Shown here: piece after piece, positions 58,230 through 64,000 of the stretch | How positions within the stretch are numbered: position 1 is the stretch's first letter | Layout: each line of letters begins with the position of its first letter | Assembly (NCBI GenBank): GCA_963783385.1 | Contig: CAWANJ010000009.1 | Coordinates: 64,001-128,000 of the forward strand | Reading direction: 5' to 3' | Length of the DNA: 64,000 bases | Source: an uncultured Gemmatimonadales bacterium | GTDB lineage: Bacteria; Gemmatimonadota; Gemmatimonadetes; Palauibacterales; Palauibacteraceae | The notes under the pieces: model-generated | Database searches by the model: none | What the model saw: only the letters and a program-made list of their open reading frames with translations | What the model was told of the DNA's origin: nothing | Program-made: the position numbers and the translations under genes

Positions 58230-59021
58230 ATGAGCGCAGATGACGCACCGCTGCTCGTGAGGCGCGAGGACGACCTCCTCGTGCTCACCCTGAACCGACC
58301 CGATCGACTGAACGCCGTGAGTCTCCCCCTGTACCGGGCCCTGGTCGAGGCGCTGCGCGGAGCGGGGGAGGATCCTGGCGTGCGGGCCGTGGTGCTCACG
58401 GGCGCCGGCCGGGCGTTCTCGGTGGGGGCGGACCTCAAGGCGCACGCGTCCGATCCCCTGGCCGAAGCGGCGAGGCGGGAGTACGTGAGCCTGGCCCAGG
58501 AGGCCAACGAGCTCCTCCAGTCCCTTCCGCGGCCCGTGGTCGCGGCCGTGAACGGGCACGCCATCGGGGGCGGCCTCGAGATGGCGCTGTCCTCGGACTT
58601 CATCGTGGTGGCGGAGGCGGCCAAGCTCCGCTTCCCCGAGGTCACGCTCGGGACGTTCCTGGGCGGCGGGGTCACCCGGACCCTTCCCGCGCGCGTCGGG
58701 CTGGCGAAGGCCCGGGAGCTCCTCTACCTGGGCGAGTTCTTCTCGGGGGCCGAGGCCGCCGCGATGGGCGTGGCCGACCGGGCGCTGCCCACGGAGCGCG
58801 TGCTCCCCGAGGCGTTGGATCTGGCCGGGCGGCTGGCCAGGAAGGCGCCCCGGTCGCTGGCGCACGCCAAGCGGCTCCTGGGCCTGGCGCCGGGCCTCGA
58901 CCGTCGGCGACTGCTGGACCTCGAGGCCGAGGCGCTCCTGGACATCATGGGCACGCGCGACTGGCAGGAGGGGCTGGACGCGTTCCACGAGGGCCGCGAG
59001 CCGGAGTATACGGGTGAGTGA
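58230..59021 (+). CDS. Enoyl-CoA hydratase/isomerase family protein
   Basis: LNRPDRLNA, FSVGADL, GHAIGGGLE and PEVTLG. Confidence 0.92.
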   Translation: MSADDAPLLVRREDDLLVLTLNRPDRLNAVSLPLYRALVEALRGAGEDPGVRAVVLTGAGRAFSVGADLKAHASDPLAEAARREYVSLAQEANELLQSLPRPVVAAVNGHAIGGGLEMALSSDFIVVAEAAKLRFPEVTLGTFLGGGVTRTLPARVGLAKARELLYLGEFFSGAEAAAMGVADRALPTERVLPEALDLAGRLARKAPRSLAHAKRLLGLAPGLDRRRLLDLEAEALLDIMGTRDWQEGLDAFHEGREPEYTGE

Positions 59022-61149
59022 GCTCGACGCGCTGCTCCGGCCGCGCTCGGTCGTGGTGGTCGGGGCCTCGTCGGACCCGAGCAAGCGCGGTTACCAGGTG
59101 ATCCCGGCCCTGCGAGGGGCGGGCTTCCGGGGGGAGGTCCACCTGGTGAACCCCAGGGGCGGCGAGATCCTCGGGCTTCCCGTGGCGCCGTCGATCGAGG
59201 CGCTGCCGTCCGCGGCGGACCTGGCCCTGGTGTGCACGCCGGCGCCCACCGTGCCGGAGATCCTGGAGGAGTGCGCCGCGGGCGGCGTGCGGGGCGCGGT
59301 CGTCCTGGCCACCGGTTTCCGGGAGGCCGGGAAGGACGGGGCGGCGCTCGAGGAGCGCCTGCGGGACGTCATCCGGCGCACCGGCGTGCGGGTCATCGGG
59401 CCCAACACCTCCGGGATCCTCAACATGACCCACGGGCTCAACCTGATCGGCGCCCGCGACGTGCGCTCCGGCTCGATCGCCCTCCTGCTCCAGTCCGGGA
59501 ACGTGGCGCTCCAGTTGATGACCGAGATCACCGAGCGCACCTCGGCCGGGATCTCCGTGTGCGTCGGAGTCGGAAACGAGGTCGACGTGGGCTTCCACGA
59601 AGTGCTGGACTGGCTGGGCCGTGACCCCGACACGGGCGCCGTGCTCATGTACGCCGACGCTTTCCGGGAGCCGCGCGCCCTGCTGGAGACGGCCTCGCGG
59701 GTCAGCCGGCACAAGCCGGTGGTGCTGCTGGGGGCCGGGCGCACCGGGGAAGGGGCGACCGCGGCGCGCTCGCATACCGGCGCCCTGTCGGGTCCGCACG
59801 ACGTGCTGGCCGCGGGGCTGGCGCAGGCGGGGATCACGGAGGTCCGGCGCTCGGACGAGCTCCTCCCCGTGGGACTCGCCCTCGCCACGCAGGCCGCGGC
59901 CTCCCGGGGCGGCGTGGCCATCCTGTCCGATGGCGGCGGTCACGGGGTGCTGGCCGCCGATGCCCTCATCGAGGGGGGCACGCCGCTCTCCGAGCTCGCC
60001 GGGGCCACCCGCGACGCGCTTCGCGAGGTCCTCGGCCCCAGGGCCGCGGTGGGCAATCCCGTCGACGTCGGCGGTCCGGCGGACGCCGACCCCATCGTGT
60101 TCGCCCGGGTGACGGAGACGCTGGCGGCCGATCCCGATGTGGCCACGATCCTGGTCATAGGGCTGTTCGGAGGCTACCACATTCGCTTCGACCCGGCCCT
60201 GGAGGATGCGGAGCGCGCCGCGGCCCGCGGCATGGCGGAGGCGGCGCGCCGGGCCGGGAAGGGACTGGTGGTGCACTCCATGTACGCGCTCCGCCGGCCC
60301 TCGCCGCTCCGGGCCCTGGAAGAGGAGGGCGTGCCGGTCGTCGCGTCGCTCGACGCCGCGTGCACGGCCGCCACGGCACTCGTGCGGCGCGCGGCGGGGC
60401 GGGCAGCCTGGCCGCCGCCGGCCGCGCCGGAGCCCGCGGGGCGGGCGGATGAGGCGGACGTGGCGGAGGCGGCCGGTCGGACGCGCGAGGCGGCCGCCGC
60501 CGGGCGCACGGCCCTCACCGAGCCCGAGGCGCGGCGGCTCCTGGCCGCTTTCGGCGTGCCGATGGTCGAGGCCGAGCTGTGCGCCTCGGCGGAGGAGGCC
60601 GTGGCGGCGTCGGAGCGGTTCGGCGGGGCGGTGGCCGTGAAGGTCGTGGCCCGCGAAGTCCTCCACAAGACGGAGGCGGGCGGGGTGGTGCTCGGCGTCC
60701 GGGGGCCGGAGGCGGTCCGTGAGGCGTTCGACGCCATCCGGGCCCGGACGCCGGGGCTCGAGGGCGTGCTCGTGTCACCCATGCTCCCCGAGCCCGTGGC
60801 CGAGGTCCTGGTCGGAGCCAGGCGCGACCCGGGGCTCGGTCCCGTCCTCACGCTCGGGGCCGGCGGCGTGGCCGTCGAGCTCCTGCACGACGTCGTCCAC
60901 CGGGTGCTGCCCGTGGGTCCCGGGGAGGTTCCGTCGATGGCGCGGGCGCTGCGGACGTCGGCCCTCCTCCTCGGGCACCGCGGCGCCCCGCCCGCCGACC
61001 TGTCCGCTCTCGAGGCCGCCGCGGCGGGCGTGGCCCGCTGCCTCGCCGAAGTGACCGTGGTGACCGACGTCGAGGTCAACCCCCTGTTCCTGTATCCGGA
61101 GGGTGCCCGGGCGGTGGACGCCCGGGTCCTCCTGGAAGGAGACTCATGA
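59014..61149 (+). CDS. ADP-forming acyl-CoA synthetase (acetate-CoA ligase family, fused alpha/beta)
   Basis: PRSVVVVGAS, GPN, QSG, SHTGAL (phospho-His), HKTEAGGV and EVNPL. Confidence 0.92.
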   Translation: MSELDALLRPRSVVVVGASSDPSKRGYQVIPALRGAGFRGEVHLVNPRGGEILGLPVAPSIEALPSAADLALVCTPAPTVPEILEECAAGGVRGAVVLATGFREAGKDGAALEERLRDVIRRTGVRVIGPNTSGILNMTHGLNLIGARDVRSGSIALLLQSGNVALQLMTEITERTSAGISVCVGVGNEVDVGFHEVLDWLGRDPDTGAVLMYADAFREPRALLETASRVSRHKPVVLLGAGRTGEGATAARSHTGALSGPHDVLAAGLAQAGITEVRRSDELLPVGLALATQAAASRGGVAILSDGGGHGVLAADALIEGGTPLSELAGATRDALREVLGPRAAVGNPVDVGGPADADPIVFARVTETLAADPDVATILVIGLFGGYHIRFDPALEDAERAAARGMAEAARRAGKGLVVHSMYALRRPSPLRALEEEGVPVVASLDAACTAATALVRRAAGRAAWPPPAAPEPAGRADEADVAEAAGRTREAAAAGRTALTEPEARRLLAAFGVPMVEAELCASAEEAVAASERFGGAVAVKVVAREVLHKTEAGGVVLGVRGPEAVREAFDAIRARTPGLEGVLVSPMLPEPVAEVLVGARRDPGLGPVLTLGAGGVAVELLHDVVHRVLPVGPGEVPSMARALRTSALLLGHRGAPPADLSALEAAAAGVARCLAEVTVVTDVEVNPLFLYPEGARAVDARVLLEGDS

Positions 61150-62306
61150 CTGCTGCGAGATCGGATGCCGTGAACGTCATCGTGCTGGGGGCCGGACGCG
61201 TGGGAGCCGCCATGGCCAGGGACCTGGCCGCAAGCTCCCGGTTCGAGACCACCGTCGTGGACGTGTCGGAGGAGGCGCTGAACCGCCTCCAGGACGTCCC
61301 GCGCCTGGAGATGGCGCAAGCCGACCTGTCCGATGCCTCGGTCCTGCGGAATCTCGTCGAGGGCCACGACCTGGTGGTCAGCGCCGTGCCGGGGCCCATG
61401 GGCTTCCGCACCGTGTGGACGGTCCTGGAGGCCGGGCGGAGCGTGGTCGACATCTCCTTCTTCGATGAAGACCCGTTCGAGCTCGACAGCCTGGCCCGGG
61501 AGAAGGGCTGCACCGCCGTGGTCGACTGCGGCGTGGTCCCGGGCTTCTCCAACATCCTCGCCGGCCGCTACGAGCAGGAGCTCGATCCGCTGAGGCGCGT
61601 CCGTTGCCTGTGCGGGGGCGTTCCCACCGTGCGTTACTGGCCGTACGAGTACCGGGCCACCTTCTCTCCCATCGACGTCATCGCGGAATACACGCGACCC
61701 GCGCGCCTGCGGAGGGGAGGCCGGGACCTCACCCTGCCGGCGCTCTCGGAGGTCGAGCCGGTGGAGTTCGAGGGCGTGGGCACCCTGGAGGCCTTCAACA
61801 CGGACGGTCTACGCACCCTTCTCCGGACCGTGGACGTGGAGGAGATGGTGGACAAGACGGTCCGCTATCCGGGGCACGCGGACAAGATGCGGCTGCTGCG
61901 CGAGACCGGGTACTTGTCGGAGGAGCCGGTCCGGATCGGCGACGGCGAGGTCCGGCCCATCGACCTCACGGCGGCGCTCCTGTTCGAGGAGTGGCAGTTC
62001 CGGGAGGGCGAGGAGGATCTCACGGTCATGCGGGTCGAGCTGGAGGGCGGCAGCGAGGGACGGGAGGTGCGCCACACCTGGAGCCTGGTGGACCGGTACG
62101 ACCGCCAGCAGGGGATCTCCTCCATGGCGCGGGCCACGGGCTACACCTGCACGGCGGCCGTCCACCTGGTCGCCGATGGGCGCTACCCGGCTCCCGGGAT
62201 GTCTCCGCCGGAGTTCCTGGGCCGGGACGCGGACTGCTTCGAGTTCATCGTGGGCTACCTGCGCGAACGGGGCGTGGACTGGCGCCACGACGTCGAGGCG
62301 TCGTGA
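61146..62306 (+). CDS. Saccharopine dehydrogenase/lysine 6-dehydrogenase family protein
   Basis: VLGAGRVG, DCGVVPG, LEAFNTDGL, KTVRYPGH and SMARATG. Confidence 0.88.
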   Translation: MTAARSDAVNVIVLGAGRVGAAMARDLAASSRFETTVVDVSEEALNRLQDVPRLEMAQADLSDASVLRNLVEGHDLVVSAVPGPMGFRTVWTVLEAGRSVVDISFFDEDPFELDSLAREKGCTAVVDCGVVPGFSNILAGRYEQELDPLRRVRCLCGGVPTVRYWPYEYRATFSPIDVIAEYTRPARLRRGGRDLTLPALSEVEPVEFEGVGTLEAFNTDGLRTLLRTVDVEEMVDKTVRYPGHADKMRLLRETGYLSEEPVRIGDGEVRPIDLTAALLFEEWQFREGEEDLTVMRVELEGGSEGREVRHTWSLVDRYDRQQGISSMARATGYTCTAAVHLVADGRYPAPGMSPPEFLGRDADCFEFIVGYLRERGVDWRHDVEAS

Positions 62307-62505
62307 GGACCCGGCCGGGCGAAGGCCGACGGCCGGCACCGCCGTGCGTCCCGGTTGGACGGGCCGGGCCGGGCCCGGTAGGTTGGCCGGCCGTCGAACC
62401 GTCCGTCCATCGGCCCCGGTCGGTGCGCCGCTGCGCACCCGCTCCCGGGGATGCATCGACAGGCAGGACGGAACGGGTCACCCGCCGTAAGCCAGTGGAG
62501 GTCGC

Positions 62506-63747
62506 GTGAGCTCCTTCGACCGTGGTGGGCGTCCTCGTGGCGCCTCGCTCCCCCTCGTCCGGACGCTACCGGCGGTCGCCGGGATCCTCCTGGCGCTCGC
62601 TCTCACCCTCGCCCTCCGGACCGCTCCGGCGGCCGCCCAATCGGCCCCCCGCGCCCGGGACCTCGGCATCCCGTTCGAGGGGACGCCCGGGCACTTCGAC
62701 GCGATCACCGACGTGCCCGGCGTCGAGGTCGGGGAGAAGACGGTCATCGAGGGGAGCGGCGAGCTCGTGGTCGGGAAGGGGCCGGCCCGGACGGGCGTGA
62801 CGGCCGTCTTCCCGCTCGGCAAGGAGGCTACGGATGGGGTCGCCGCGGGCATGTTCACGCTCAACGGCGACGGGGAGATGACCGGCTCCCATTACGTCAA
62901 CGAGTTCGGGGAGCTGTACGGACCGGTCATGATCACCAACACGGTGAGCGTGGGCACGGTGTCGGCCGCGACCATCGAGTGGGATCGCCGGCACATCCAC
63001 GTGCCGCCCGCCCTGTACGCCCGCGTGCTCCCGGTGGTCGCGGAGACGTGGGACGGGTTCCTCAACGACATCTACGGGCAGCACGTGACCCGGGCGGACG
63101 TGTTCGCGGCGCTGGACAGCGCGCACGGCGGCCCGGTCGCCGAGGGCGACGTCGGCGGCGGCACCGGGATGAACTGCTACAGCTTCAAGTGCGGCACCGG
63201 CACGGCCTCCCGGATCGTCGAGACCGAGCACGGCCAGTACACCGTGGGCGTCCTGGTGCAGGCCAACTACGGGAGCCGTGACGAGCTGCGCGTGGCGGGC
63301 GTCCCGGTGGGGCGCGAGATCACCGACCTCATGCCCGAGCGGGGCGAGGACGCCCGGAAGCGGCAGCAGGGCGGCCACTCCATCATCGTCGTGGTGGCCA
63401 CCGACGCTCCGCTCATCCCCAAGCAGTGTGAGCGCCTGGCCCGCCGCGTGTCTCTCGGCCTGGGCCGCAACGGCAGCATCTCCGAGAACGGCTCCGGCGA
63501 CATGTTCATCGCCTTCTCCACCGCGAACCACGTGCGGCACTGGGGCGCCGACATCAAGCACCTGGGAATGGTCACCGACATCACGCCCATCTTCCGGGGC
63601 GTGGTGGACGCGACCGAGGAGGCGGTCATCAACGCGCTCGTGGCCGGCAAGACGATGGTGGGACGGGACGGCAACACCGTCTACAACATCCCCCACGACC
63701 GGCTGCGGGCGATCCTGAAGAAGTACGGCCGGCTGAACGACCAGTGA
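62506..63747 (+). CDS. dmpA: DmpA/BapA-family (peptidase S58/P1) aminopeptidase with signal peptide
   Basis: RARDLGI, AITDVPGVEVG, LPVVAETWDG, SIIVVVATDAP and SGDMFIAFST. Start codon uncertain. Confidence 0.88.
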   Translation: MSSFDRGGRPRGASLPLVRTLPAVAGILLALALTLALRTAPAAAQSAPRARDLGIPFEGTPGHFDAITDVPGVEVGEKTVIEGSGELVVGKGPARTGVTAVFPLGKEATDGVAAGMFTLNGDGEMTGSHYVNEFGELYGPVMITNTVSVGTVSAATIEWDRRHIHVPPALYARVLPVVAETWDGFLNDIYGQHVTRADVFAALDSAHGGPVAEGDVGGGTGMNCYSFKCGTGTASRIVETEHGQYTVGVLVQANYGSRDELRVAGVPVGREITDLMPERGEDARKRQQGGHSIIVVVATDAPLIPKQCERLARRVSLGLGRNGSISENGSGDMFIAFSTANHVRHWGADIKHLGMVTDITPIFRGVVDATEEAVINALVAGKTMVGRDGNTVYNIPHDRLRAILKKYGRLNDQ

Positions 63748-64000
63748 GTCCGGCCGCCGCGCGGGACTCCGGGGCGGGGACGGTCCGGGGAATCGGCCTG
63801 TGGACGGCGGGCGCGCTCGTCGTCGGCAACATGATCGGCTCCGGGGTCTACCTCCTGCCCGCCGCGCTCGGGCCCTTCGGGGGGATCAGCCTGGTCGGGT
63901 GGCTGTTCTCGGCCGCGGGCGCCATGCTGCTCGGGGTCGTGTTCGCCCGGCTGTCGCGCAGGGTGTCGGGGGCGGGAGGACCCTACGCCTACAGCCGGGC
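63744..64000 (+). CDS. APC family amino-acid permease (PotE/CadB/AdiC-like), partial
   Basis: GTGA overlap. IGLWTAGALVVGNMIGSGVYLLP and GGPYAY. Confidence 0.88.
   Translation, partial: MSPAAARDSGAGTVRGIGLWTAGALVVGNMIGSGVYLLPAALGPFGGISLVGWLFSAAGAMLLGVVFARLSRRVSGAGGPYAYSR

Overview
High-GC (about 70-75% by eye) bacterial window, most likely Gemmatimonadota. The inference rests on the TolB-like/TPR Ser/Thr kinase, the VPS10-type hydrolase, the DUF5117/DUF4953-type metalloprotease and the Big_2/IPT lipoprotein peptidase. There are about 37 protein-coding genes and I saw no rRNA, tRNA, CRISPR array, transposase or integrase. Highlights: (1) A translationally coupled 3-gene operon at 22792-33373 encodes a TANFOR-like module fused to an outer-membrane beta-barrel, a 1941-aa secreted protein with the same N-terminal module, and a multi-FN3 protein. 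It is bracketed by ungapped 130-bp direct repeats (111/130 identical) and is a candidate undescribed secretion or surface-assembly system. (2) The first 10 kb is a rearrangement hotspot with at least six gene remnants and three co-oriented copies of a promoter/RBS-bearing repeat at truncation points. (3) A 63-bp AT-rich synonymous-codon patch sits inside a GC-rich gene. (4) Four genes carry single-base indels, mostly in short homopolymers, which are probably sequencing errors. The rest is transport, proteolysis and amino-acid catabolism. All family calls come from motif recognition, not database searches.
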